Shown: piece by piece, positions 1 through 14,025 of the stretch
Layout: each line of letters starts with the position of its first letter
How positions within the stretch are numbered: position 1 is the first letter of the stretch
Origin: Paraspadella gotoi
Taxonomy: Eukaryota; Animalia; Chaetognatha
Length of the DNA stretch: 64,000 nt
Assembly: GCA_051294375.1 (NCBI GenBank)
Contig: CM119263.1
Location: forward strand, 27,425,376 to 27,489,375
Reading direction: 5' to 3'
The notes under the pieces: generated by a model
What the model was told of the DNA's origin: nothing
Database searches by the model: none
Seen by the model: only the letters and a program-made list of their open reading frames with translations
Made by a program: the position numbers and the translations under genes

Positions 1-60
1 CTTTGGGTCANNNNNNNNNNTGGGTCACCTTACCCTTTGGGTCACCTTACCCTTTGGGTC
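1..60. repeat. 17-bp minisatellite (tgggtcaccttaccctt)n interrupted by a 10-N gap
   Basis: Full units at 21-37 and 38-54, partial units at 1-10 and 55-60. Confidence 0.9.
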
Positions 61-859
61 GAGTCGAAAGATCAGCCTTCGCTTCCTTTTATTTGTGTAT
101 TTCTATATAATTCGGCTTATAATTTGTTTGTTTATTCTATTTACCCTATTTATATTAACATCTATGGCCTCCGCATGTTCAATCAGACTTATTATTTCAG
201 CCGCGATTTTTCATAAGACCCAATATAACCTAAACCCTCCTTTCTTTTGCTTCTTCTTCAACTCTACTCTCTCCCGATTCAACTTCCTCTCTCTCCCTCT
301 CACCCCTTTCTCCCTCTTGTTTATTTGCGGCGATCCGAGGTTCACCTCTGCTTCCGCCGATAACAACAACAACAACGACCAGGGGGCGTGACCGTGAGAT
401 CCGTGAGACTTTTGCGTCGGAGAGATTTCTTTTCGGGTCCTCGTGTTAGAAGGAAAGAGGGAGGGTGAGTCGAGAGTGAGGGCTTTCGCGAAGGGTGAGT
501 CACTTTCGGTTGAGAAGGAGAGATCGAGTGGGTGAGGACGAGTGAAAAGGATTTTAGGATGGGTGAGGTTAGGATAAAAGGGTAAGTTCATTATTTCGAG
601 TGAGGAAACGAAGTGGGAAGGAATGTAAAAAGGAAATGTAGTACAGCGTTATCTGCGGAAAGTGTTGAGGAGGTTGAGTAGCGATAAAGTGGTTTCGAGT
701 TCGAATGTGTAGACTGGATAGTGACTAAGAGTGTAAAAGTGGAGAGTAAACATTTGAGTTAAGGAGTGAGTAAAGTTGTAGAAAAAGCAAGCGAGTTTTC
801 CACTTAATTTCGGGTAAGTTTCCTATCGAAACCCGACGGAGGGGAAATGGATCCAGATT

Positions 860-889
860 CGCAGGTGCAGGTCACGCAGGTGCAGGTCA
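860..889. repeat. 15-bp tandem duplication (cgcaggtgcaggtca)x2
   Basis: Two identical adjacent units. Confidence 0.85.
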
Positions 890-2753
890 AAGTTCGTAAT
901 CCACTCATCGGAAAATCAAACNNNNNNNNNNNNNNNNNNNNNNNNNNNNNNNNNNNNNNNNNNNNNNNNNNNNNNNNNNNNNNNNNNNNNNNNNNNNNNN
1001 NNNNNNNNNNNNNNNNNNNNNNNNNNNNNNNNNNNNNNNNNNNNNNNNNNNNNNNNNNNNNNNNNNNNNNNNNNNNNNNNNNNNNNNNNNNNNNNNNNNN
1101 NNNNNNNNNNNNNNNNNNNNNNNNNNNNNNNNNNNNNNNNNNNNNNNNNNNNNNNNNNNNNNNNNNNNNNNNNNNNNNNNNNNNNNNNNNNNNNNNNNNN
1201 NNNNNNNNNNNNNNNNNNNNNNNNNNNNNNNNNNNNNNNNNNNNNNNNNNNNNNNNNNNNNNNNNNNNNNNNNNNNNNNNNNNNNNNNNNNNNNNNNNNN
1301 NNNNNNNNNNNNNNNNNNNNNNNNNNNNNNNNNNNNNNNNNNNNNNNNNNNNNNNNNNNNNNNNNNNNNNNNNNNNNNNNNNNNNNNNNNNNNNNNNNNN
1401 NNNNNNNNNNNNNNNNNNNNNNNNNNNNNNNNNNNNNNNNNNNNNNNNNNNNNNNNNNNNNNNNNNNNNNNNNNNNNNNNNNNNNNNNNNNNNNNNNNNN
1501 NNNNNNNNNNNNNNNNNNNNNNNNNNNNNNNNNNNNNNNNNNNNNNNNNNNNNNNNNNNNNNNNNNNNNNNNNNNNNNNNNNNNNNNNNNNNNNNNNNNN
1601 NNNNNNNNNNNNNNNNNNNNNNNNNNNNNNNNNNNNNNNNNNNNNNNNNNNNNNNNNNNNNNNNNNNNNNNNNNNNNNNNNNNNNNNNNNNNNNNNNNNN
1701 NNAGGAGAATGCAAGAATAGGTGGGTGGATCGTAGGATGCTTGGAGAGATCAGTTTGTGAATTGATGAATTCACAGATGCGAGAAATGAAGAGTTTGTGA
1801 ACGTAAAGATGCAGAAAGTGAGAAAGTGGTCGTTGTTGCAATAGAAATTTGTCTGGGGTAAGATTTAATTTTGGATGGAAAATGGAAATTGGGAGAAAAC
1901 TTTGGTTATTATTGGTTAATGGTTTATCGGTTATCAATTGCGAAGATGACAGGATGACAGGATGACAGAAAGAAAGAATTAAAGAAAGTTAAGACGAGAT
2001 CTCAAAAGGACACATGAAAGAATCAAAAAGGAGCAAAGTTCAACCTGGATGTTTATCTTTCAAACGGCGTCAGTCTTTTGTTTTGATTTTGTTAAACTCA
2101 AAAAAAGTTTTTTCCATACGAAAACAAAAAACTTAAAAAAAAAAAGAAAAAAGAAAAAAAGTTTGTAGTTTGCGATGCTGAGCGGATATCGAATCAGAAA
2201 GGAACTTGCAATACTTTTTGGGATCCGGAGTCGGACTTTGCTTTTCATATTATTTCCAATAAAGCGAAAAAAAAGGGGAAAGGAAATTTTTCGGGGTTGA
2301 TAAATCTGNNNNNNNNNNNNNNNNNNNNNNNNNNNNNNNNNNNNNNNNNNNNNNNNNNNNNNNNNNNNNNNNNNNNNNNNNNNNNNNNNNNNNNNNNNNN
2401 NNNNNNNNNNNNNNNNNNNNNNNNNNNNNNNNNNNNNNNNNNNNNNNNNNNNNNNNNNNNNNNNNNNNNNNNNNNNNNNNNNNNNNNNNNNNNNNNNNNN
2501 NNNNTACTGCCTGTTTCACAACCGCGCCCATAGCTTCGACTGTCCGATGCTGATAAAGCAGAACGAGTTTCTTGTTTCCCCTTTCCTTTCTTTTCGTGTT
2601 TCCCTCTCCTTTCTTTTCCTTTCTTTTCTTTTCTTTTCTTTTTTCCCTTCTTATTTCTGTCCTCGACCCCCTTCCAGAACCCCGCCTCCTCCCTCTTCCA
2701 TCCCCCTCGATCCCCGGGAACTCTTTCTTTATTGAGATTCGAACGGCGCAGAC

Positions 2754-2755
<2 letters not shown>

Positions 2756-2832
<77 letters not shown>
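2756..2832. repeat. (GA)n microsatellite
   Basis: Perfect dinucleotide run. Confidence 0.97.
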
Positions 2833-2840
<8 letters not shown>

Positions 2841-3417
2841 TAAGTAAAAGAGAGAGACAGAGTCCCAACCAAAGCGCATCAAGCGTTGCCGTGACAACCG
2901 ACCAAACGAGGCGGCGTCCCTGGGAGATAGAGGGCGCTCGAACGTGGGTTGCGTCGCGGGCCTTGTGGTGGGAGGCGAAGATAAGTTTAAGGAATAAACT
3001 ATTGTGTGATTGCATTCTGTTTGTTGCGTTGTCAATTAGTTTGAGAGAAGAAACTTAGTATTGTGTTTACAAACAACGATTTTGTTTCTATAAAGAGTAA
3101 AGTTAAAAAGAAGTTAAGAGATTTGACAAGAGAAAAAAATAGAGCAGCGGACTTGGAGACAAAGAAATAAAGAGACAAATGACGGACTGACGTTTTAATC
3201 GCAAATTATTTTTTTCCTATTCCGATCTTTTTCCTTCTTTTTTTTTAGAAAAAGAAAAAAAAAAGGAAATTATGTTTTGTTTTTATCTTTTCGTCTTTTA
3301 TTTCATTTCCGATTCTCTCGATGTTTTATCGATTATTTTGGTAACAGTTGAACTTTATCTTTTTTTGTCTTATTTTTTATTAAATTCCGATTGTTGATTT
3401 TTTGTGGTTTAATCCTT

Positions 3418-3464
3418 TTGCTTATATCATCAAGGGTATCATTGCTTATATCATCAAGGGTATC
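3418..3464. repeat. 24-bp tandem duplication (ttgcttatatcatcaagggtatca)x2
   Basis: Two adjacent units, read directly. Confidence 0.9.
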
Positions 3465-3557
3465 TTCCCTTGTGTCGTCGCCTCTATCATTATTAGACTT
3501 AGAAACGTCGTTGATCCCAGGAACGTGAGATCAACGCCTTTTGAGTCATCAACTCTG

Positions 3558-3718
<161 letters not shown>

Positions 3719-4566
3719 CCTTTTGTTTTTCCTTTATCTTCCCTCTTCATTTCCATTTCTTCATTCTTCCCCATTTTCCTGATTTTCTCTTTCATCCCGT
3801 CCGCCCCTAAGAAACGTTGTCCACCAGTGTAGGCTACACGGAGTCCCTCATCAAAAAATCGCCCGTATTTCGAGAGAGAAAAAAAGGAAAACAATAACAA
3901 AAAGGAAATAAATTTTTGAGAGTTTGAGTCAAAATAGGGGAAGGGCATTTTTTCGAAAAGGGCGCGAGANNNNNNNNNNNNNNNNNNNNNNNNNNNNNNN
4001 NNNNNNNNNNNNNNNNNNNNNNNNNNNNNNNNNNNNNNNNNNNNNNNNNNNNNNNNNNNNNNNNNNNNNNNNNNNNNNNNNNNNNNNNNNNNNNNNNNNN
4101 NNNNNNNNNNNNNNNNNNNNAAAAATTATATGAGGAGGAGATTAGTCGAAGCAGTTGGAAGAGAAATGTTTTGATCTTTTCACGTTTTACGTCTAAGACT
4201 TTTTTTTTAGTGTTTTTTTTTAACCGAATAAATAGAAAGAGAGAGACTTCTTGCGTTTGAAATTTTTTTTCTTTTATTTCCTTTTCCTTTTCAAAAAAGA
4301 AATAAGGAAAAAAAAAGGTTTCTCATTCTCCGAAAGAGAGTTTCTTCCGTTCGCCAATAGAGGGCGCCTTTAAAAAAAAGTAGCGTTTTTCTTCCTCGTC
4401 GTTTTTTTTTTCTTTTCTTCCCCAGAGAAAAGAAAAAAAAGAAATTTGTTGTCCTTTTGTCTAATTACGACGAAAACGGAAGCGGAGAAGCGGAGAGGCG
4501 CCCGGGACGACCAAAACAACAACAACAACAACAGAGACCACCCACGACGAAATTGACCGGGACGAG

Positions 4567-4686
<120 letters not shown>

Positions 4687-5701
4687 TCTCGTCACCCCCG
4701 CTAATTGGTCCAAGAGTGTTTTTGTCTTTTTTATTTACTCCTCAGTTCTGACCGGTTTTTTTATATCTTGATTTTTTTTCTTTCTTTTTTTTTTTCTTTT
4801 TCCTTCTCATCTATATATCTTTTTCCAAACATTCACAATTAAAAATAAAAAAAGAATGGGACTGACAACAACGACTTAATTAGAGATGAATCAAAAAAAT
4901 CCCTGAATTTCGACAAAATGTACGAACTTAATAAGTTTTTTTTAAATATTGAAACGAAGAAATGAGAATGAGAAAGTAAAAAAATAAAGGTCGAATTCCG
5001 AATACGAAAAAGTCTTGAAATTTCAGCTCCGAATTCATTGATGAGAAGCCAAGATTGTCATCCCACGAGAGTGCCTCTCTCTCTCTCTCTTTCTCTCTCT
5101 CTCTNNNNNNNNNNNNNNNNNNNNNNNNNNNNNNNNNNNNNNNNNNNNNNNNNNNNNNNNNNNNNNNNNNNNNNNNNNNNNNNNNNNNNNNNNNNNNNNN
5201 NNNNNNNNNNNNNNNNNNNNNNNNNNNNNNNNNNNNNNNNNNNNNNNNNNNNNNNNNNNNNNNNNNNNNNNNNNNNAAACTCAAGAACACACGATAAAAA
5301 TCAATCTTTTTGTTTATCTCTGCCTGGTTTAAAGTTTATCAAAAGTCGTGGATTATTTCTGTTAATCTTGAGTGTTGTTTTTTTTCTCTCTCTCTCTCTT
5401 GCTCTCTCTCTTTCTTATTCTTGGCCTTTTTCTTTTTCTATATGTCTCTCTATTTTACTGTCCATATGGTTCACTTTCTCTAGAGCGACTTTTAAACCAC
5501 ATTCTCTCTCTCTCTCTCTTTCTCTCTCTCTCGCTCTCTCTCTCTCTCTTTCTCTTTCTCCTTCTCTCTCTCTCTCTCTCGTTCGTGTTTCTCCATCAAA
5601 TCTTTTGGGATTAGTCGTTTTCTATTAAAACTCTTGCGTGGTGGCCACCCACCTAGCGACAACAATTGGCCTTTCCCTTTGTGGAACGCCCTCTCCTCTT
5701 C

Positions 5702-5828
<127 letters not shown>

Positions 5829-6156
5829 CTTTCTCTGTCTAACTCCTTTCACTCCCCAATTGATGCGAAAGAATTAGAATTGAGAATAATCTGGTTTTCT
5901 TCCATCAATTACCCAAATTTTCTTTTTTCATCCGAGCCGCCTTGCCGCCATGCTTTCTCCTTGTTTTTCTTTCTTTTACTCATTTCCTCAATTTCCTGAA
6001 TTCAAAAAGATTTTGTTCTTATGAATAGTTTATGATAAAAATAAACTAATTGCACGTAAATGCGATGTAACTTTGTAAGAACCAATGTAATGATTGCGGT
6101 ATTTGATTTTACTTGTAACGTAAGAAAGATAAAGGTTGCATTGATGGTTTCCAGTT

Positions 6157-6163
<7 letters not shown>

Positions 6164-6253
<90 letters not shown>
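6164..6253. repeat. (CT)n microsatellite
   Basis: Perfect run. Confidence 0.97.
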
Positions 6254-6255
<2 letters not shown>

Positions 6256-7333
6256 GGCGACTTCCTTCTTAAAGTTAAACAATGAGAGGAACAAAGATTT
6301 CGATTCCACTAAAAAAAGAAAAACGAAAACCTGAATTTATTTTTTTTTTAGTTGAAAATTTGATTCGATTCGATTCGAGGCCAAAAAACCTAAATTCGTT
6401 TTAATGTTTACGGAAGTTTGATCCCGGTAGTATCGTCGCTCTTCTCCCTCTCTATCGTCTTGCTCTCTCTCTCTTTTTCAGACGGCTCTTTTTCACAGCT
6501 GCTGCTATCGGTCGAGAAAAACCTGTCCACAGCAATGAGCAAATTCAGTTGCTTGAATCAAATAAATATATGACTTGATTGTGTGTGTATATTTTATTTT
6601 AAAGTTTTTTTTGTTTTTTTTCTCACACCGAAATATTTTTNNNNNNNNNNNNNNNNNNNNNNNNNNNNNNNNNNNNNNNNNNNNNNNNNNNNNNNNNNNN
6701 NNNNNNNNNNNNNNNNNNNNNNNNNNNNNNNNNNNNNNNNNNNNNNNNNNNNNNNNNNNNNNNNNNNNNNNNNNNNNNNNNNNNNNNNNNNNNNNNNNNN
6801 NNNNNNNNNNNNNNNNNNNNNNNNNNNNNNNNNNNNNNNNNNNNNNNNNNNNNNNNNNNNNNNNNNNNNNNNNNNNNNNNNNNNNNNNNNNNNNNNNNNN
6901 NNNNNNNNNNNNNNNNNNNNNNNNNNNNNNNNNNNNNNNNNNNNNNNNNNNNNNNNNNNNNNNNNNNNNNNNNNNNNNNNNNNNNNNNNNNNNNNNNNNN
7001 NNNNNNNNNNNNNNNNNNNNNNNNNNNNNNNNNNNNNNNNNNNNNNNNNNNNNNNNNNNNNNNNNNNNNNNNNNNNNNNNNNNNNNNNNNNNNNNNNNNN
7101 NNNNNNNNNNNNNNNNNNNNNNNNNNNNNNNNNNNNNNNNNNNNNNNNNNNNNNNNNNNNNNNNNNNNNNNNNNNNNNNNNNNNNNNNNNNNNNNNNNNN
7201 NNNNNNNNNNNNNNNNNNNNNNNNNNNNNNNNNNNNNNNNNNNNNNNNNNNNNNNNNNNNNNNNNNNNNNNNNNNNNNNNNNNNNGGGGGGGAATTTTTC
7301 AAATTAAGATTATAAAAAAACCCACGGGGTCTT

Positions 7334-7334
<1 letters not shown>

Positions 7335-7382
<48 letters not shown>
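7335..7382. repeat. (CGT)n trinucleotide microsatellite
   Basis: About 16 perfect units. Confidence 0.95.
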
Positions 7383-10300
7383 TGCCATAGCTTATCCCCA
7401 AACTATACAAAGGGCGAATCCCGATTCCCGATCGACCGAATTTAATTATTTTTAAAAAAATTGTTAGCGTCTCCAACCGCCCACCACCTTCTACCTCCCA
7501 CCTTCCACCCCACCAAATATTCTACCCCCTTTATTTTCCACTTCCCCCCCTTCATCGGCCCGTCGATAGGAAAGGAGCAGGAGAGCAAAGAAGAATCAAT
7601 AAACGCCCAGAAATATGACTTACTTCTCTTTGTTTCCCTCTCTTTTTTCAAAAAAAGAAAAGGGGGACTCTCTCTCTTTCGTCACTCGTCGAGTTTAATA
7701 CGGATCTTTCTCTCTGTCTCTCTCTCTCTCTCTGAAAGTTAGACATGTAAAATTAACTTAAAAATACGATAATTGTAAGGCGAATATAATTTTTTTTAAA
7801 TATTTAAAACTAATAAATAGACTAATCAAATAAAAACGGAAAAAAAGAAAAAAATGTTTCCCAAAATGCATTAAATAGTTATGTTAAAAGATTTGTTTTT
7901 GAATTCTATCATGACTAATGTCCAGCGAATTTTTTAAGGGAAATAATTTCTTATCCCTTCCCTTAAACCTTCTTCGTTTTTATTCCTTTATTTCCTTATT
8001 TTTTAAGGGAAACGCGAATGTATTTTTTTTCTGGAATCCGCGGGAAATATTAAGATTTTGTCGGAATTTCGTCGGATTCGGATTCTCTTTCCCTTTTGTT
8101 TATGATCGACCCGGACGAGGATTTTGGCTGCGGTATCGCTAAGAGTTGCGATGGAGGTAGCAGCAGTGGTAGCGGCGGTGTAGAGATGAGAAGAGAGAGA
8201 GAGAAGAGAGAGAGTGAGGAGAGAGGGGGAGAGAGAAAGTTTGATAGGAGAGAGGATATAAGAAAAATTGATGGGTCAGAAAAATATAGTGAGACGGGAG
8301 GGGAGAGCTGAAATAACATTTTTTTTAAGAAATGAAGTATCCTTAAAAAGAAAGCGCAGGGATGGTTGGTTGGTGGTAAGAAGGAGACGGGGAAGATAGA
8401 TGACCTAGGATTGAGAGTNNNNNNNNNNNNNNNNNNNNNNNNNNNNNNNNNNNNNNNNNNNNNNNNNNNNNNNNNNNNNNNNNNNNNNNNNNNNNNNNNN
8501 NNNNNNNNNNNNNNNNNNNNNNNNNNNNNNNNNNNNNNNNNNNNNNNNNNNNNNNNNNNNNNNNNNNNNNNNNNNNNNNNNNNNNNNNNNNNNNNNNNNN
8601 NNNNNNNNNNNNNNNNNNNNNNNNNNNNNNNNNNNNNNNNNNNNNNNNNNNNNNNNNNNNNNNNNNNNNNNNNNNNNNNNNNNNNNNNNNNNNNNNNNNN
8701 NNNNNNNNNNNNNNNNNNNNNNNNNNNNNNNNNNNNNNNNNNNNNNNNNNNNNNNNNNNNNNNNNNNNNNNNNNNNNNNNNNNNNNNNNNNNNNNNNNNN
8801 NNNNNNNNNNNNNNNNNNNNNNNNNNNNNNNNNNNNNNNNNNNNNNNNNNNNNNNNNNNNNNNNNNNNNNNNNCTCTCTCTCTCTCTCTCTTTGTTTGAG
8901 AATGCTTAAGATTTGTTGTTATATTTCATCGCGAATACGAGGCTCGTACATTTCGCTCCCAATCCTCACTTTAACGTCTTCAATTTCTGATGAATGCAAC
9001 AAAAACAAACTCTTTATTTAAAAGAATCTAATAAAAAGTAGTATATTAAACTCGGAAAGTGACAATTCTTTTTATCTTTTATTCCTTTTTTAATTTTATA
9101 TTTTCTTCTCGAACTTTTTTTTTTTGGATTCGACGCCCCTCTGTGATTCGGGCGAGGGCGATAAGAAAAATCTTGTCCAGGTTGTTGTTGTCTTAAAACT
9201 TCAAACAAAAGAACGAACCAGATTTTTTTTATTTTCTTCAAAAAAAAAGAAAGAAAAAAGAAAAAGAAAAATCTCGCATCGTTTTCAGAAAGCGAAACTT
9301 CATAGAGTAGAATAGTATGTTTTTTGTTAATTATAGTAAAATATAATAACATAGTATATTGTAGAACAATATTGGCTTTTTCTAAATTCTATGTAACCAA
9401 ATTTTAAAAATGGATTAATAATTGCAAACAAATTTCTAAAATTTGCTTTTAATTGGACATTAACACTACGTTTACTAAGGCGTCCACACTTAAACAATAA
9501 TGATTTTTTTACATTCTCTTAAGATCATTTTAATAGAATTAAAAACCCAATTCTGGAATTATTATATATAAACAAGGATTTGAAAAAGAAACAAGTTAAG
9601 ATTTTTTCCTGGATTTTCTTTTTCATCCTTTTTAAATCTTCCAACAGAATATCTTCGTCTCTAAAAAAAGGTTTTTTTTGGCGAGAACAAATACATAATT
9701 TAACGGAGAAGAGAAAATAAAATAGGATCAAAAGAAAAGTGGAGAAAGAGAAGCAGAGATTACCTCTCTATTTTTCAATGACCCTTAAATTCTCTCCTCC
9801 AATTCTGTAAATAAACTAAATAAAAAACGATCGACTCTTTAAAAAAAAAGTATATTTGTTCTAAAAATCGAGTTGATTTTCCGCCTTTCGATTCCCTTGT
9901 TTTCGATCTAAACATTTTCAGCGTTGACTCCGACCCATAAAGAGAGAGAGAGAGAGAAGAGAAGAGAGAGAGATGAGAGAGAGAGAGAGGGAGAGAGAGT
10001 AGAGAGAGAGAGAGAGACAAGTCAGTGTGAGCCATGAACTTTCCCTCATAAAATGGTTTTTGTTTACCAAAGTTAAAGTGAAGGAAAATAAACAAAATGG
10101 TGGACGCGGTCCGAATCCGGCCGAGGATTTTTGATCGTCGCCGGTCGACGTGCTGTTTAATCCTTGTTTTAAGTTTAATGTTTAATTCTCCCAAATGTTT
10201 TTATGATAAAGTCTGAACAGTTAAATTCTTTTGCGATTTATTTTTCTTTCAAACGGAATTGATCGTGGCACGATTTGGTTTTCTTTCGAAGTAAATTAAT

Positions 10301-10979
10301 ACTTTTATAATTTGACCAATCGTTTACCCCATCCATGAGTTCTATTCCATTCCCCTTGTTGCCCCAGTACTTAAAATCCCCACCCGGGCTAACACCCCCC
10401 CTACACCCTCCATACATAACCTTTTAAAAGGGTTTCCCGGTTCCCCGTCGACACAGCGGTTTCGTTCAAACGCCACAACAGACACGCGCCCCCACAGTGA
10501 AACGAACCACCACAACATTCTCCTTTCTCGCCCATATGACTGGCCCACATTTTAAGGCTGAATCGAAAGGAATTTTTCAGGAGCTACACTACTTATTATT
10601 TTTAATCAAATAATGTATCCTAAAGAAAAGAGAAGAATTCAACCATAATAATTTCAATTACTTTATTATTATATCTACTGTGTAAGAGAGAGAGAGAGAA
10701 TTTTTATCTGCGAAGGAACAACAGGAAGAGAACTATTCCCGATTACGTCAGGGTTGTTAACAGGGTTGCTTTATTGATCCTAATCGGGGAGTATATCTTT
10801 CAGGCCAGATAGAGAGCGAGATCCTTCGATCTGTCTCTCGCCTTCTCTCTCTCTCTCTCTCACTTTGTTGGGAAGAGAATAAACAAATGAATTCTTTGCT
10901 TTCCCAAAAGGTCAGAAAACACAAAAGAAAATTTCGGGAAAAAAATTAATGCTTCCTTTAAAAAAAATCGGTTGCGGTC

Positions 10980-11015
<36 letters not shown>

Positions 11016-12760
11016 NNNNNNNNNNNNNNNNNNNNNNNNNNNNNNNNNNNNNNNNNNNNNNNNNNNNNNNNNNNNNNNNNNNNNNNNNNNNNNNNNNNNN
11101 NNNNNNNNNNNNNNNNNNNNNNNNNNNNNNNNNNNNNNNNNNNNNNNNNNNNNNNNNNNNNNNNNNNNNNNNNNNNNNNNNNNNNNNNNNNNNNNNNNNN
11201 NNNNNNNNNNNNNNNNNNNNNNNNNNNNNNNNNNNNNNNNNNNNNNNNNNTCAACCCGCCTCGTTTTCAAAATCTAATTTTATTTTATGAGGCCATCATT
11301 TTTTTCAAAAGTTTTATTTCCTCGTTAGTTAGACTCGCCGCGTTTTCTCTAAATCTCTGAAGACGTTTATATAGGCGCGAATTTTTTTTTTCTTTTTTTT
11401 TTCGGAAGGTAAAATAATTTTTTTGGTGAAGCCGTTTTTTGAGGAAGTAAAATATTTTTAGGAGAGGCTACTCCTTTTTTTTCGGAGGCTATGTTATTTT
11501 TTTTTATCGGGGGGGTGAGAGTGAAACTATTTCTTTCACACGACATTAAAAATACTTGTTTGCTAAAAAAAAAATAATAATGCCAAAAAGAACATCTTGG
11601 GAAAATTTGTAAGGTGGTGTAGTTTCAGAAGTAACTGAAATATTTTTGAGAGAAAGAGGAGTGAGATTTAGTGCAAAAAGAGAGAGAGAGAAAGAGAGAG
11701 AGAGGGAGAGAGAGAGACTGTGTGTTTAGGTATCGTTAATGTGAAAGGTGATGAATTTTGTATTTAGGTTGGAACCGTAATGAATTTAAAGATTAAACTT
11801 TAAAAGGAGAGTGAGAGAAATTGGATTCCTCGGAATTCATTTCTTTCTTTTTTCTTTCTTTTCTCGACGAAAGACCCTTTCACATTTTATTAAGGAATCG
11901 TGGAATTCGCTCGCCTCACACGTGAGTGGCGAAAGTTAGAGAGAGAGAGANNNNNNNNNNNNNNNNNNNNNNNNNNNNNNNNNNNNNNNNNNNNNNNNNN
12001 NNNNNNNNNNNNNNNNNNNNNNNNNNNNNNNNNNNNNNNNNNNNNNNNNNNNNNNNNNNNNNNNNNNNNNNNNNNNNNNNNNNNNNNNNNNNNNNNNNNN
12101 NNNNNNNNNNNNNNNNNNNNNNNNNNNNNNNNNNNNNNNNNNNNNNGAGAGAGAGAGAGATTGCAATGTTTCGCTCCATTTCGCGTCTCAAGTCTCAACG
12201 CTTTTTCTCGCGCCATCGACACGAATTTAGCGCCTTTTTTTCGCGCGACTTCCGGCAGCCGCGCCACCTAGTAGTAGACGGCAAACGGCGCAACCACTTA
12301 ACGGCGCTACTTTCTTTAAAATCGGATCTCACCACCTCGGCTCACTCACCCACTTTAACACTTTTCGCCTTCCCTCGCCCCTCCCCGCCTCCAACCATCG
12401 ATTAAGGAACGTTTCCCTTTTTTCAAAAAATCCATCAAAAGATTATTTTTCTCTTTTTTTTTTGTTCTTTTGTTTTAACTTTTTGGTTTCTTTTTTGTCA
12501 TTGATGCTGTCGTTGACATTTCACAGCATCAGCTTTGAAAATCTAAAAATTTTTATTACTCAAATTTTTTTTGGTACAGTCTTTTTAAACATATTTAGTT
12601 GTTTAGAAAACTCGGTTTAATTTGAATGTTTTCTTCTTATCGGCGTAAATTTTGTGGTTAGAAAAGTCGTTAAATTATTTCACAATCAAAATAAAGTTTT
12701 TATGTAACGAGTTTTGATTGAAGCTGATATCTTAACGCGTTTTATCAATTAACGACTCTC

Positions 12761-12793
<33 letters not shown>

Positions 12794-12940
12794 NNNNNNN
12801 NNNNNNNNNNNNNNNNNNNNNNNNNNNNNNNNNNNNNNNNNNNNNNNNNNNNNNNNNNNNNNNNNNNNNNNNNNNNNNNNNNNNNNNNNNNNNNNNNNNN
12901 NNNNNNNNNNNNNNNNNNNNNNNNNNNNNCACATTTCTCT

Positions 12941-14025
12941 CCTTTCTACCCGTCAAATTACGCGCGCAAAAAGGGGAAAAAATTTTCCCCTTCCAAGAAC
13001 AAACATAAAAGAAGTTTCTTTTTTATTCTTTCGCTTTTATTTATTTTTTTGTTTCTGACGAAGAAAGAATCGGAGAAAAAAGAAATTGGCAAAGAAAGAA
13101 GCCAAAGAAAGGAAGGAAAAAGAAAAGTAAAGGGATCAAAAAGGGAAAAAAAGGAAAAGAAAAAAAAAGGGAAACCGAGGCGTAAGTCGCTCGACCGAAA
13201 GAGAAACCATTAAATTGGAAGAGGAAAAAAATCTCCTGGTGGAAATGATGGGGTTGAGAATGATGGAGGTTGTGGAGGGGGAGATGATATAATAGATGAT
13301 GATGATGATGATGAGGTTGATGATGATGAGGATGATGATGATTCTGATGAAGAAGTAAGTAAAACGTATTAATTAGATGGTGAATCTGATGTTGACTCTC
13401 AGAAATGGAAATATGTTTATGCCATATGCGTTAAAATTTCAATATCAAACTTGAGATTAGGCGACGAAAACCATTAACCGCTTCCCGCTTTTTAGAGAAC
13501 CTTCTTTAAGTCAGATCCTTCGCCCCAGGCTTTATTTCAAGTTACATCCCTTTCTCAAATCCAGTGGCGCCTGTTAAGTCAAATAAGAATCCCATCGGCG
13601 CCTTCCGCCTGTCATCGGTAGCTCAAGGCGCGTAACTTGGTTCCTGTGTTTCGTCCAAGTTAAAGATAGGCTCGTCGAGAGATGACAGTGTCATACAAGA
13701 TGTCATACAGGTCGAGTAGGTCTTCAAGGAATGTCATTCACTGAGTCAATCGTCGGGTCAAGTGTGTCATCACAAAATGTAATTCACTAAGTCAACTCAT
13801 GGGTCAAGAGAGTGATTTTCATCGCGCGTGCTTTCAGTGAAATTCCTTGACTGGAGGAGTATTAAGGCAAACTTAAGAAGTAGTGGTGAATAAATATTGG
13901 GGGAGTTCCGATATTTTGATCGTTCTTCTTGAGCAGGGGGATAATTGTTCTTAGAGAACTGAAACCCCATCTCTGGATAATTGAGGTCAAGTTATTTGAC
14001 TCTCTCTCCCCCTTTCTATTTGTCT
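12941..14025. repeat. Segment S1, directly repeated at ~31222-32310
   Basis: cctttctacccgtcaaattacg.. through ..gaggtcaagttatttgactctctctc occurs at both places, differing by small indels. Confidence 0.92.

Noticed and set aside
1-60. CRISPR-like or telomeric repeat
   Set aside because: The 17-bp units abut with no unique spacers and are not TTAGG/TTAGGG; the context is eukaryotic.
7335-7382. Poly-Asp or poly-Val coding tract
   Set aside because: It is a plain (CGT)n microsatellite beside an N gap, with no exon signals.
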